This document shows, in pieces, positions 13,205-29,540 of a stretch of 64,000 bases of DNA. How positions within the stretch are numbered: the first letter of the stretch is position 1; every line of letters begins with the position of its first letter. The stretch lies in contig OZ024742.1 of assembly GCA_964016885.1 (NCBI GenBank), positions 335,234,001-335,298,000 of the forward strand. Reading direction: 5' to 3'. The notes under the pieces are model-generated. The model saw nothing but the letters and a program-made list of their open reading frames with translations. It had not been told where the DNA came from and did no database searches. The stretch is from Eledone cirrhosa (lineage: Eukaryota). Position numbers and translations under genes: made by a program.

Positions 13205-13399
13205 TCTGTGTGTGTCTGTGTCTGTCTGTATGTGTGTGCACGTCATATTGAAAATACGACTGTGCTCCAGTTTCATTATTTTTATTAACGATTTTTCGTG
13301 TTTCCTTATTAGTTCTTTATGCTTAGTTTGAAACAGTAGCGTCCCTCAATTTACGTGTGTAATAATGGTCGTACTAGTAGCTTATTGGTTGAGTGCTTA

Positions 13400-13800
13400 G
13401 TGGGGTCTACCCCTGGGTCTCCTGCCCGTTTATTTTGCTATCAAATCTGTCCAGCGATTCTTTCCGGAGTCATCCTAACCACATGTCCATAGTAACGGAC
13501 CTGTGATCTCTCAATTCGGAGAAGTAGCCTCTCTACTTGGAGTGACTCTCTCATCTCCAAGCTACGCACTTTATCGAGGAACCTTACTCCAAAGATCCTT
13601 CAGAGAAACAACAGCCACTTGTATTCCAGATCCTATCCTTCAGTCATTACCCAACATTGATGACCATAGGTAAGGGTTGCCACCAATACCAAATCGAAGA
13701 TTTTAAATTTCGAATACAGAATTGAAGTTTGGTTTTTGCACCTACTTCACTTCTTCTGATTACCGAATGCCGAAGCTGGCGCATTACTGCACCAGCTCCT
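13400..13800 (-). mobile_element. RTE-clade LINE 3' coding fragment (degraded)
   Basis: Minus strand encodes LLRIERSQVRYYGHVVRM...GRRPRGRP; homologous to 31075-31340. Confidence 0.75.
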
Positions 13801-13802
13801 GC

Positions 13803-14070
13803 TGAAGGCGCATGGCTTAGTGGTTAGAGCATTGGACTTGCAATCGGAAGGTTGTGAGTTCGATACTCGGACCGGGTGATGTGTTGTGTCCTTCAGCAAG
13901 AGACTTTATTTTACGTTGTTCCAGTTTACTCGGCTGTAGAAATGAGTTGTGACGTCACTGGTGCCAAGCTTTATCGGCCATTGCCTTTCCGTTGGACCTG
14001 ATGAGTGGCGTGGAGAGGGGAGGCTGGTATGTATAGGCGACTACTGGTCTTCCACAAACAACATTGTTGC
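13803..14070 (+). mobile_element. tRNA-derived SINE
   Basis: A-box TGGCTTAGTGG, B-box GAGTTCGATAC; body shared with 55045-55385(-) and 19995-20130(-). Confidence 0.85.
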
Positions 14071-14166
14071 ACTTACTTCAACCTCCTGTCTGCCATCATT
14101 CATGAACACAGCCCCAACATACTTCAACTTCTCCCGCTGACTACACAGGCGGGAGTGGGGATACGC

Positions 14167-14198
<32 letters not shown>

Positions 14199-14214
14199 AC
14201 ATGCACATATATAT

Positions 14215-15287
<1,073 letters not shown>

Positions 15288-15337
15288 GTATATATATATA
15301 TATACATATATACATATATATATGTATATATATACAC

Positions 15338-15369
<32 letters not shown>

Positions 15370-15401
15370 GTATATATATATGTATATATATATGAATATA
15401 T

Positions 15402-15446
<45 letters not shown>

Positions 15447-15448
15447 CA

Positions 15449-15480
<32 letters not shown>

Positions 15481-15552
15481 CATATATATATACATATATA
15501 TATATATATATGCACTCACACATACGCACACACATATATATATATATATATA

Positions 15553-15616
<64 letters not shown>

Positions 15617-15875
15617 CAGAAGAGGACGGTAAAACCGATAGCGGATCTAAATTTGGTGATTTGCAGATTGAAAGATTGAGAAAAGTAATCAAAGAAGGAG
15701 ATTAGGAGAAAACTCTACAAAAGAAACAATAAAAGAAGAAATATATGGACGGAGAGAAAGAAGGTTTTTTAATCTGATCTCGATAATTTCGTTTACATTT
15801 ATCCCTTGCTATTTATCCCCTGTCTATCTTTTTTCTCATCCTCACTCTCTCTCTCTCACCCCCTCTCTCTCTCTC

Positions 15876-15935
<60 letters not shown>

Positions 15936-16247
15936 ATCTCTCACTCTCACTCTCTCTCACTCTTTCTTTTTATCTCGAACCGATGTAAAGGATAATGTTA
16001 TACACGCACATCTATATCCATATATGTGTATTATATATCAATATTTACATATATGTATACAACGGCATACGCATATATGCGTGTATGTATATGTAGATAT
16101 GTATATAAATATATAAATATATATAATTATATATATATATATATACTAAGAGTGAGATGGAAAATGTTGATTACGGACAGTGTGCCCTAGTTTCTTTTGA
16201 GTTTTTCATAGTAATGATAAAATGATATTAAATAACATACATACATT

Positions 16248-16378
<131 letters not shown>

Positions 16379-16824
16379 CGGACGGAAACATTCATGTGGA
16401 ATTATGGCAAAGTTATGAGTTCTATGGAAGTTCGAGGGAAAAGATTTTCGTGTATAGCTTATCTATATAAAATATATTAATGGCGGTCATACCAAAAAAA
16501 CTTAAGGGGAGACTATCAAAAGGTAATTATCAATTTATATGTTTAAAAACGCGTTAACATGAAAATAAAATATTTTACTTTATACAACTGTCAGTTGAAA
16601 ATTGCAAACTTGACTGTCACCACACATTATGAACTTGTATTGCGAAAGCATGAAAGTACTTGTTCAATTAACACTTAACAGTTAATATTCTACCATACTA
16701 TTTCATTCTAATACCATTATAAATGTTAAAGGATTGTAAATAAAACGAGTAAATCAGACAAAGTTGGAATTCCTTTTATTAATATAATCTTCTATACACA
16801 ATCATACACACCCGTGTATATTTA

Positions 16825-16989
<165 letters not shown>

Positions 16990-17067
16990 ATATTCAAAAC
17001 AACGAACAGCGGAGGACACGTTTCGCACCTTTCCGACAGACAACCCCCCCCCCCCCCCGGTAAAAAA

Positions 17068-17101
17068 CCCTAGTTGATGGATATGAATCCGAAATATAGG
17101 G
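17068..17101 (+). ncRNA. Degenerate hammerhead-like motif in a pLTR-like fragment
   Basis: CCC-TAGTTGA-T-GGAT/ATCC-GAAA-TATA-GGG: stems intact, core altered; similar motif at about 17768-17794. Confidence 0.4.
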
Positions 17102-17497
17102 ACAATTAAATCTCTCCCAAGGTAACTCCTCTATCTCGTGTTATTATTTGTATTTGTTACGCTCTTTCCTACGTTCTTCCACACACTATAATCTCATTCT
17201 ACATTCACTTACAACTCTCTCTTCATCACCGGATCTTGTTACCCGAAGAATTACCCATCTGCATTGTTGAGGCTTCCAAAACGACCTAAAGAAAATATAT
17301 ATATATATATAATTCAAATATTTCACTATGTTTGTTTTCAATTGCCTTGTCTGACGAACGAATGCGGAAGTTTCTTGTATTCGTCTTATTCGGGAAACCT
17401 TTGGTAATGAGGTAATTACATTGTATTGTTTATTATACATTAAATATTTAGATCTGTAACTTACATAGAGCACTCTTCATAGATATATAGATAAATT

Positions 17498-17604
<107 letters not shown>

Positions 17605-17991
17605 TTGGGTCGTCAAGAATGAGATTTGTAGAAAAAGACAAATTCCTACAAATTTCATACTTGACGACCCAATATATAGACATAGTTTAACGTATGCCAA
17701 AGCTACGGGGATGGCAAGCTCAAATTTCTCAGAAATCACCCTCCTACGGAACCCTCCTTCATATAATGGATTGTAAATCCGAAAACATTTGGGACTAATA
17801 AATTGTTATGGTAACATTGAATCATTTTTATTTTTTTGTTTTCTTCCTCCCACTTTTTGTTTTCTACCTCATCTCTCTCAATCCTCTTCCGGTTTGTTAC
17901 CTTGGTAATTCTAACCCACTTGCATTGCACGGCTTTCTAAACATACCCACCTTCCATGTGTATATATATATATATATATATGAGTGTATGT

Positions 17992-18048
<57 letters not shown>

Positions 18049-18156
18049 CGTGCCAAATGTAAATGGAATCAACAAAGCAAACAGCACAGTACAATATGCA
18101 AAAAGTAAACGGAAATACAAAGCAAGCAACACAGTACAATGAAGATATATATTTCC

Positions 18157-18181
18157 GTTTCGGACACTAGTGCTTCACCAG
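18157..18181 (-). ncRNA. Degenerate hammerhead core in a pLTR-like fragment
   Basis: Minus strand reads CTGGTGA-AGCACTAGTGTCC-GAAAC. Confidence 0.4.
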
Positions 18182-18305
18182 TAGGTATATGAGAAATAAA
18201 ATGTGAAATAGCAAGACAGGGAGTGGGAAGAGGAAGAAACGGAAAAAAAGGTTTTTGAGAAAAAGCACGTGTATATTCAATCAGCCATGTTTTTAAGAAA
18301 AATAT

Positions 18306-18336
<31 letters not shown>

Positions 18337-18351
18337 CATATATGTATATAT

Positions 18352-18426
<75 letters not shown>

Positions 18427-18448
18427 TGTGTGTGTGTGTGTGTATGCA

Positions 18449-18522
<74 letters not shown>

Positions 18523-18858
18523 GATGGAAAGAGAGTTTTCTCTATCGTTCCTTGTCTGAGGCAAACCTGATCTGTAAAACAACCAAAGAATAAAAAATAA
18601 AATAAACATTAACATCAACATGATCAACAACAACATTACACTTAACTCTATCTTTACTATTTTTCTATATTCTTAACAGAACGTCGTTCATTTCCGCTGA
18701 CAATACGATGATTTGTCGCCAAGACTATTTTCCTGGTAAATTTTCCGCTTTGTTTTTTTAACGGAGGCGATGAAGGGGCTTTTAAGTTCAAGATAAACTT
18801 TCACATTACCTTTTATATTTATGTGTGTGTATTAGAGAGAGATTGTGTGTGCGTGTAC

Positions 18859-18916
<58 letters not shown>

Positions 18917-18970
18917 GTGTGCGTGTGTGTTTGCGCGCATATACATCTATATAATCTCTCTCTATGTATG

Positions 18971-19052
<82 letters not shown>

Positions 19053-19885
19053 CATATATGTATATGTGTGTGTAAATATATGTGTATGTGTGTGTGTGTA
19101 TATATATATATTTATATATATATATATATATATAAACCTTGGGCGAAATGGTAATGTTGTTGATTATTTCTTTCTCGTGTTTTTATAGACTTAAGCCAAA
19201 TTATCTTTTGCTGGAGTTGGAGTCTTAGATTTGATTTTCTACAGTATTGATTCAATTTATCGTTTGTTTAGCGTGTTTTACACAGTGTGGTTAGCGGTCG
19301 ATCGGTGTAAATATTGCTTAGACACCAATACATGTTAGTTTAAGAAGGAACCGATAAAAAAAGGAAATTTGATGTATTACCGAGGTTTCGTTCGGTTAGG
19401 TTTGGCAGCCATTGCATTTTTGAGGAGCTCTTAATGGATTTTAGTGAAGCTGTGAACTAGCGTTTTATAGAGTTATTTGCAACAAACACTTCCTCTTCTA
19501 TTGTATTTTATTATTATTATTGTTGGTGTTCTTGTTGTTATTATTATTATTACTATTATTATTATTTTTTTTTTTTAATAATTGGGCGGTGGATTTTCAG
19601 TATCGGTAGAGCGTCGAACGACATGCTTAAAGCCAGGAACTTTTCAGCACTCCTATATACTCATATATATGTATACATACATATATATATATGAGTATGT
19701 GTGTGTATTCGTTTTATGCGTTTATATACACTACATATACACCAAATAAAGAAGTCTATACGTGTTGTCGAGTCAAAATTACAATGGCGGTTTTAGAAGT
19801 TTCGTCGATTTTTTTTCTCAAAACTGTTCTATTATCGACGAAACCTCGACGTGAATAGTTACTAATCCCAATAAACCTTATATAT

Positions 19886-19996
<111 letters not shown>

Positions 19997-20148
19997 GTAA
20001 ATGACCATGAGTTTTGCCTCGAGAAAGTTACCCTCAGAGGCACAAGCCTGTGTAACGTGTTTTTGGGAATACCAGTAGTCGCTCATGCATACCAGTCTCC
20101 TCTCCCCAGATGCCAGGGACATCGCAACTCATATATATATCGCAACTC

Positions 20149-20256
<108 letters not shown>

Positions 20257-20410
20257 GATGTGAGAAAAACCACAGACCCCCCATCTCAACTCTACTTTTG
20301 AAAAGAACTGCGAAACCGGTAAAGGAACCAAATAAATATATATATTTTTTTTAAATAAGGCTCCAGTTGCATTTTAGATTTCATCTTTTTTTCTATATAT
20401 ATATATATAT

Positions 20411-22790
20411 AGGAGGAGGTTATAGTTCACTTGAAGCATTGTGTAATGAGGTATAAACGTTTGAATATGTATAATAAAGCCAAAACAATGCAGGTATGGA
20501 CATAGAACAAAGAATGCAATTGCAAAAGATATTGTTGACAATTCGTCTTTTACCTTAGATTTATTTAAATGTCTTTAATTTTCGAGATAATATCTCTTCT
20601 TCAGAGGGAAATAAAGGTCTCAGACCAGCGTTCTAAATAGCTTGCCAAGCCATGCTGACAGGAAATGGTATAGAGTATCTGTTCTATCTCTAATGCCAAG
20701 GACATGACTGCAGCCCAGATCGAAAAACAGACCAACTCCATTTGGTTCGATATCTGTAGGAGAAGACAACTCCCATATAAAGTTAAGCTCAACTACACCA
20801 CTAGAAATAGCAGACTGCCCACTTTCTACCACCTCATCAAGACCCACAAGAATAGTACTAAGACGCAAATAAGACCCATCGTCTCTAGCATAGAAGGACC
20901 CCTATACAAAATTTCCTGGCTCCTCTCCCAGGTCCTCAAGCCTCTACTCTCCACCTTTCCCGGGCATGTCATTAGCTCCGACGAAGTTATACGTAGACTA
21001 CACCAACTCCAGCCAGAACAACTTAAACTAAATAAATATGCTTTTAGCCTCGACGTTGTCTCCCTCTACACTACAGTCCCCGCTCATCCAGCTGTCGATT
21101 TATTGACGGACTGCGCGGTCGCAGAGGACATCCACTGCTACGGCCTCCACCCGACGGACATACACCAGCTTTTGTCCTTCACAGTAGACAACACGTACTT
21201 CACCTTCCACCACCACACATACAGACAGACAACAGGATTACCCATGGGATCCAGCCTATCGGGCCTGCTGGCCATCACCTACATGAACCAGTTAGAATGC
21301 CGAGCCCTCAACACCTACCATTCCCATGCCTTCTTCACCCGATATGTAGATGACATACTCATCCTTACATCATCCCATGAGGAGGCAGATAAAATATACA
21401 CAACATTCTCCAGCATGGACGCCAGTATAAAGTTCAGCATGTAACACCCCGATGACCGCGGATCCCTATCCATACTGGACTTCCAACTCAGGGTAACAGA
21501 GGGAGGCAACATCCACACCTGCTTCTATAAAAAAAGCCGCCAGCAGGGAACTGTTCGTACATTTGAGATCGCCCCTCCCACTCGGTGCCAAGTTCGGATA
21601 CATAAGGAACGAATTGGCACGTATCCGGAACAAATGCACCGACGCTAGAGACCGAGACACACACACCACACATTTCCTGGAAGTACTCAAACTGAACGGA
21701 TACATGACATCCACCACAAACCGTGCCAGAAAGAACAGAGGACACTACACCTGAGGCACTAACACTTGCTTCCTGAAGCTCCCACACTTCAGTGAAGAAA
21801 CAACAACAGCCATCCGCAGAGCTATCAGACGAGAGGGACTAGATATCCAACTGGCCCACTCAGGTCCTTCTCTACGCGGAGAGCTAACCAAAAGACACTC
21901 CACCAGACATGACAACTGCTGCATACTAGCCAACTGCCCCATCAACGACACAGACCTATGCCACCAGGCTTACGTCGTATACAGACTAGAGTGTGACAAA
22001 TTCAACAACTTATACGTAGGTAGCACCACCAGACCACTCCACATAAGAATAAAAGAACACCTCAATACTAACGCTTCCTCATTTAAGAAACACCTAGTTA
22101 AATGCAAAAACACCGACAAAACCATAACAGTTAGGATAGAAACTAAGGAAAGATACCTCGGCAATCTTAGAATTAAGGAAGCACTAATTATAGATATAAC
22201 ACAACCACCAATCAATAATAGACTAGAACTCAACACCCAATTTATAACCTGATAGAGCTTCTAGCCCCATATTTACACACATCCCACACACACGCACACA
22301 CACTCACGCTTACACCTCCACTTATTCTCTCTCACACATACACACACAAAACCAGTTCTAACACCAGATAACACCTATCCCCCACATTTACGAATAGACT
22401 TATCTTCTCACACTCACACACACACACTCACATACTTACACCTTCATGCATTCTCCCACACACTTAAACAGGCATGTATATAAAAAAATAAACCAAAAAC
22501 AAACCCCTTTTAAAGGGAGACTACTCATTATCCATCTAATTTTAACTCTTTGACATTAGAGATAGAACAGATACTCTATACCATTTCCTGTCAGCATGGC
22601 TTGGCAAGCTATTTAGAACGCTGGTCTGAGACCTTTATTTCCCTCTGAAGAAGAGATATTATCTCGAAAATTAAAGACATTTAAATAAATCTAAGGTAAA
22701 AGACGAATTGTCAACAATATCTTTTGCAATTGCATTCTTTGTTCTATGTCCATACCTGCATTGTTTTGGCTTTATTATACATATTCAAAC

Positions 22791-22797
<7 letters not shown>
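20411..22797 (+). mobile_element. Penelope-like element, 5'-truncated, with inverted pLTRs (Nematis-like, tentative)
   Basis: Inverted arms 20452-20695 and 22554-22797; hammerhead core CTGAAGA-A-GAGAT/ATCTC-GAAA at 22645-22669; inserted in (TA)n. Confidence 0.92.
20704..22252 (+). pseudogene. PLE reverse transcriptase + GIY-YIG endonuclease (disrupted)
   Basis: FYHLIKTHK, IRPIVS, SLDVVSLYT, GLPMGSSLS, RYVDD; VVYRLEC..YVGSTTRPLHIRIKEH..IKEALII..INNRLE; TAA at 21442, frameshift at about 21535, TGA at 21752. Confidence 0.92.
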
Positions 22798-22847
<50 letters not shown>

Positions 22848-24720
22848 AAAGTTTTATTTAAAATTGTTGGGTTACAACAAGTAAATATTTTATAACTGAT
22901 ATAAAGCACTCGACAAGTTTTGGAGTAGATATACGATATTAAACAAATGGAAACTATATTTATAAAACCATATTTATTTCATTATACATATTTCGGGGAT
23001 ACCATATTAAAAATATGGCATGCCTTCTTCAGATAAAATACAATATATAAACAGTTTTATAAATAATTTTGACGTACCATAAATATTGAGCAACCGTTAT
23101 GTAGGAAGCTGGTTTGGTAGTGAGATGCTTATAAATATTTAGTGTTAAGCACAGTTAAAAAGAAAGACGGAGAAAAAAAAGAAATGTATGTAAAGAAAAA
23201 CAGAGAGAAATAGAGAGAGATATGGGAGAGAGAAATAGTGAGGAGGTGAAAAAAGACGCAGCTGAGGCAACAGATGAATAATAATAATTCATCATACAAA
23301 TTGAGAGATTTAGGAGGGAGGGAGTACTATTTAGTTATAGTGTTAAGGACAGTTACGGAGCAGACGGAGAGAAATAAAAATGAAAAGAAAACAGAGAGAG
23401 AGAAAGATAGAGGTGGGGGAAAAAAGATAGAGGTGGGAGGAAAAAAGAAAGAGGTAGACCAAATAATAATAATTATATACGGGGAGGTGAAAATCAAGAG
23501 AGAAATACAAGAGAGAAATAGGAGAGAAATAAGAGAGAACCTGAGAGACAAAGTCAGAACAACAGATACATAGACTTCATCATATATAAAGAGGGAGGAG
23601 AAGAAAGAGCTATATCTATAGAGAGGGATGATAGATTTACATCTTTACGTTATGTCCTATCAATTTGAATTATCAATTCATATGAACTGGGCAACATAAT
23701 GTAAATATCAATATTCATGAATGAGACATAGATATATAATGTGTGAAAATAATTTTGCTCAATAATGACCATATGTTTAGTTTAAAATTCTGAGGTCGAT
23801 GTACCAAAAACTGAGATAAAACTTCAAAATAATACGGAAATATATAAGTATATACATACACATGCATATGCACTTTCCGGAAAAGGAAAGAAAGAGAGAA
23901 AAGAAAGAAAGAGTTCTAGTTGATATTATAGACATACCCATGACTTTTATGATTTTACGTGATCAACTCTGTAATTTCTTGTTTCACGAAAAAAAAAAAA
24001 AAAAAAAAATGTTTTCCTTGTGTTATAAAAGATTTCACTATATATATATACATAAAAATTAAACGATTAATATTCCTGCCCTCACATACATGATTATCGT
24101 TCATGTATAGAATATTATGCATATCTGTAACATATCCAGAACTATATCCACACATACATATAGGTATATATGTATATATATATGCACACATACAGGTACA
24201 TGGACAGATAAAATATACTCTGTAATCATTCCATATGCATATTAATACATATGGCCTTTGTACAGAGACAACCAGATATCAGCACAGAAATATCAAAACG
24301 TTAAAATATTTTCATCACTCCCTAGAGTACCTCGGGCCACAAAAAATACAGTATGCCCCCTATATCAACCACAGAAATCTACCCTTCCAATTTATCTGAC
24401 AATATATTGCCAAGTTCATTAGAAGCAATCAGAATCAAAAAGCAAACAAAAAACCAAAAATTACTCAACAAAACTTATTTAGCAAGAAATCATTTAAAGG
24501 ATTTAGGAGACCCTGTTGTTCTACGGATGCTCTTATATTTAGTATAGAAGTTTATCTTGCATAAAAATGTATTCAATAGATTGGGAGCATCTACATTTTA
24601 GAGTAGTTTAATTACATCATTAATTTATATTTATGAAGAAGGTTTAAAAGAAAAAGTTGAAGGAATCGAAAGATTTATCATCAGGTTTCATACATTAATT
24701 AAATATCTTAATTAATTATA

Positions 24721-25378
24721 CTACATTTTAAATTTATATTTATATTTAAACGTTGAGTTCAATCTATGTCTGCAGCAACTGAATAAATTGCTCCTTAAAT
24801 TAAGGGAATTTTTGGATTTTAATATAAAGAATATCTCCTCCACACAGAGGTCACATGTCTCAGATGAGGAATTAAAAGGAATCCCTCTTGAGACAATATT
24901 CCAAAACATCGAATACCCAACGTTATCATGTTTAAGTTGCCAGAGTAAGCCTGATAGTGAGGTTGAAGATTGTTTGTTTGGATCTGTGAAAGAATTCTTA
25001 TGATTATTGTAGCGAAGTCTAAATTCTGTCGAGGTGGTACCAACATAGTTAAAAGAATTTAAGTTAGTTTTAACATTACAATTGTAAATTATATTTTTAA
25101 CTAAGCAATTGTTATTTAACGGACATTTAGATTTATTTCTACAGTTACAGTTGTTTAATTGAATATTGTTTTGGTTATTATCGGTATTTTGGTTAGGTTT
25201 TAGATTCCTATTATTTATTCTGTTAATATTTTGTGCTAAATTTTTGGTGGACGAGTAAGTTAATTTTATAGTATGTCTATTAAAAATTGAGTGATATTTA
25301 TGTGTTCTAGGGAAGCGTTTGTCAAGAGCATTAAAAAATCAGCTTTAGCAATGTGGGTTTTAATATTTAGTGAGAAAT
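24721..25378 (-). pseudogene. C-terminal GIY-YIG endonuclease region of PLE ORF
   Basis: Manual translation, open 25338-24721: FPRTHKYHSIFNRHTIKLTYS..CNCRNKSKCPLNNNCL..IIY..YVGTTSTEFRLRYNNHKNSF..WNI..CDLCVEE..LNLRS..CRHR; frameshift near 25340. Confidence 0.88.
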
Positions 25379-26297
25379 ATATATAATATCACAATATTTA
25401 GTGAGAAATATATATAATATCAACTAGAACTTGAGATGACCTTCTCTTTCTTTCTTTTCTCTCTTTCTTTCCTTTTCCGGAAAGTGCATATGCATGTGTA
25501 TGTATATACTTATATATTTCCGTATTTTTTTGAAGTTTTATCTCAGTTTTTGGTACATCGACCTCAGAATTTTAAACTAAACATATGGTCATTATTGAGC
25601 AAAATTATTTTCACACATTATATATCTATGTCTCATTCATGAATATTGATATTTACATTATGTTGCCCAGTTCATATGAATTGATAATTCAAATTGATAG
25701 GACATAACGTAAAGATGTAAATCTATCATCCCTCTCTATAGATATAGCTCTTTCTTCTCCTCCCTCTTTATATATGATGAAGTCTATGTATCTGTTGTTC
25801 TGACTTTGCCTCTCAGGTTCTCTCTTATTTCTCTCCTATTTGTCTCTTGTATTTCTCTCTTGATTTTCACCTCCCCCTATATAATTATTATTATTTGGTC
25901 TACCTCTTTCTCCCCCCCCCCTCACCTCTATCTTTCTCTCTCTCTGTTTTCTTTTCATTTTTATTTCTCTCCGTCTCCTCCGTAACTGTCCTTAACACTA
26001 TAACTAAATAGTACTCCCTCCCTCCTAAATCTCTCAATTTGTATGATGAATTATTATTATTCATCTGTTGCCTCAGCTGCCTCTTTTTTCACCTCCTCAC
26101 TATTTCTCTCTCCCATATCTCTCTCTATTTCTCTCTGTTTTTCTTTACATACATTTCTTTTTTTTCTCCGTCTTTCTTTTTAACTGTGCTTAACACTAAA
26201 TATTTATAAGCATCTCACTACCAAACCAGTTTCCTACATAACGGTTGCTCAATATTTATGGTACGTCAAAATTATTTATAAAACTGTTTATATATTG

Positions 26298-26363
26298 TAT
26301 TTTATCTGAAGAAGGCATGCCATATTTCTAATATGGTATCCCCGAAATATGTATAATGAAATA
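26298..26363 (+). ncRNA. Type I hammerhead ribozyme with long stem II (mirror copy at about 22975-23040 minus)
   Basis: Stem I TATTTTAT/ATGAAATA, CUGAAGA, stem II ATGCCATATT/AATATGGTAT, GAAA, stem III ATA/TAT, AUA triplet. Confidence 0.8.
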
Positions 26364-26403
26364 AATATGGTTTTATAAATATAGTTTCCATTTGTTTAAT
26401 ATC

Positions 26404-26531
<128 letters not shown>

Positions 26532-26825
26532 ACACACACATATATATATATAAACATATATATATTGAGCGAGTGTGAAAGACCAAAGTTGTTATTGAAA
26601 GTCTCTGGATTTCGCAAAATAGATAATATGGAGAAGGTAAAATATTTTTCCGCAAAAGTTTGATTGAACTGTTTTGTTTCCACTTATGTATTTTTTGAAA
26701 ATGTTATATATTTGAGTGTGTATATATATATATATATATATTTTAGTGTGTTCTGTTATTATTTCTGGTAATATTATTACAACAATATGACCCTCCCCAA
26801 GTATAACAATATATATATATATATA

Positions 26826-26888
26826 TAATGTCAATCATTGTAAGTTTGAATCCAACTGACATGCAAAAATCATAGTAGATTCAAATAT

Positions 26889-26948
<60 letters not shown>

Positions 26949-27614
26949 GGAGGGGGAGAAATGAGGTGGAACAGAAATGTAATATGGATTGCAGGTTAAA
27001 ATGTAGATAGATGAGAAACAAAACGAGGATGTAGTTTATGGACACCCAAATGATTTAGAAGTCGACCTTAAGTAGGAGCAATAACATTAAGAAAGAGATG
27101 AACGACTCCACAACACTTTGTTTTGAATATTTTGAAAGTAGGTTTATAAGTATGAATTTTCATAAGACAGTTCGTAGTAGTCTCTGTACCCTAGCGGTAG
27201 GTACTAGAGACGGCGGAGTTCCTGTCCTTGAGTTCAATCCTGGTCAAGAGGTGCATGTAACCTTTTTCAGTATTATTTTACAACCGATAGAAAAAAAATC
27301 TGAAGAATTTCACGCAGAATCCTACTCCCGACCAGGATCGAACTTCAGACCAGAATCACCACCGTCTAAGAGTCCTCTAGCTGGGCCACCGAGACAGCTA
27401 CAAAAGTATAATGAAAATTAATAATTATAAACCTACTTTCAAAATCAAAGTTAAAAAGATTGGTGTCGTTGATGGCTTTCCTAGAGCTATTAGTAATATT
27501 TAGCGTCGACTTGTCAACCTTCTGTCCCTTTGGTAAAAACCTTATTATCCCAATGTGTGTTTAACTGTTGAATTAATTTAATTTGATTATTTTAGCAAAC
27601 AAATAATATATATA

Positions 27615-27679
<65 letters not shown>

Positions 27680-28310
27680 GCCAATCATTGTAAGTTTGAA
27701 TCTGACATGCAAAAACATATATATATGAATAAAGTAAGTCCAAATCATAGTAGATTCAAATATCACAGAGAGAAAGAGAGAGAGTGGGGGAATGAGGTGG
27801 AACAGAAATGAAATATGGATTACAGGTTAAAATATAGTATTTTGAAAATAGGTTTTTAAGTATGAATTTTCATGTCTCTGTGGCCTAGCGATAGGGACTA
27901 GAGCCGTGGTGAACCTGGCCTTGGGTTCAATCCTGGTCCACAGCTTTTATTTTACAATCAATAGAAAAAAACACTGAAAAGGTTTAATGAAAACCCTACT
28001 CCCGACTAGGAGCGAACTTCAGACCAGGTCAACATGTGTCAACAAGTTCAATCCTGGTCAACATGTGCATGTAACCTTTTTCAGTTTTTATTTTACAACC
28101 CACATAAAAAAAACTGAAAAGGTTTCGACCAGGATCGAACTTCAGACAAGGGTCACCACCGTCTATGATTCCTCCAAGTAGGCCACCGAGACAGCTACAA
28201 AAGAATAATGAAAATTGATAATTATAAACCTACTTTCAAAATCAAAGTTAAAAAGATGTGGTGTCGTTCATGGCTTTCCTAGAGCTATTAGTAATATTTA
28301 GGGTCGACTT
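26826..28310. repeat. Diverged tandem duplication containing a foldback element with tRNA-like arms
   Basis: 26826-27510 resembles 27677-28310; 26592-26707 also resembles 28317-28440. Confidence 0.8.
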
Positions 28311-28533
28311 CTGGTCATTATTGAAAGTCTCTGGATTTCGCAAAATACATAATATTTTTATTGGAGAAGGTAAGATATTTTTCCGTAAAAATTTGATTGC
28401 ACTGTTTTGTTTCCACTTATGTATTTTTCGAAGATGTTATTTATTCATTATAAAAATTAAATGAAAGTATTCTATATGTAGGTGGGGCCCCCTTCATCTC
28501 CAGGCAACCAATATTTTTAGACCCAGTCCGCCA

Positions 28534-28576
<43 letters not shown>

Positions 28577-29294
28577 CATACATATATCTGTGAGTGTGTG
28601 TGTGTGTGTGCGTCTGTGTGTGCGTTTGTGTGTGTGCGTGTTAAAAGTATATGCACAAGTATATGTTTATTATTTTATTATTATATTTGGATTGTAGTTG
28701 TCCCAACGCAAATGACAAGAGCCTATCACTATAAATAATATTTGAGAAAACTGAATAAAGTATTCCTGTGGACGGAAAAAATTGGACATCCACACCTGCG
28801 AAAATAGAACCACGCATCTTTGGATGCTGGAATATTGCACTAATCCTTGCACTAAAAATACCCTGACCACTAATTGTCGTTTTCCTAGAAGATTTTAAAT
28901 CTTATAACGTATGGGATTTCTAGTAATGTAATTTTTTTGTCATGTATAATGTTTTTTTAATGTATAAAGAAAATGAATTGTCGCAGGAATGCTACGACTT
29001 AAAATAAAATTTTTCCGAAGATAGATTAGCAAAATTTAATAAGCGGGGGGTGGAATAAGAGTGGGGGGTGGATTGGAAAAATCTGAAAAACTAATAAGCG
29101 GGGGGGGGGGGGGGCAATTATTCGAGACCTGAGAGTAGCAGTTCTTTTGCAATGGATCGTCTTCTAACTGTCAACCACTTGTCTCTGTGATCTGTATGTG
29201 CTCCAGTACTATCAACTCTAGCTTTTATTTCCCCAAAGTGTTTAATCTACGAGAGAAAAAACCTCTCTCGGCCCTATGACATATCTTTGCCTAG

Positions 29295-29540
29295 CCTCAT
29301 CCCATCCTCATATCTGAGGGTCAGGGGCCATGGACTTATAGACCAGCACTCTCCATCTTTTCCTGTCTCTTGCCATTGCCATACATTCCGCCAAATTCCT
29401 TCCTGCCCATTCCTTAATATCATCTGTCAATCTCCTTTTCTGTCGTCCCCTGGCCCTTTTCCCTTGTATTCGTCCATCAAGGATGTAGGTAGTCAAATTT
29501 TGGGCCATGATGACATGACCAAAATACCGTAGTTGTCAAT
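29295..29540 (-). mobile_element. RTE-type LINE 3' end fragment
   Basis: YFGHVI..ILDGRIQGKRARGRQKRRLTDDIKEW...ARDRKRWR. Confidence 0.75.

Noticed and set aside
13803-13880. tRNA gene
   Set aside because: Continues into a SINE body found elsewhere in the window; no complete acceptor stem
21752-21754. In-frame TGA in the PLE as selenocysteine (as in Naiad PLEs)
   Set aside because: Lies in a linker rather than at a conserved Cys; the ORF also has a TAA and a frameshift; domain order is C-terminal EN
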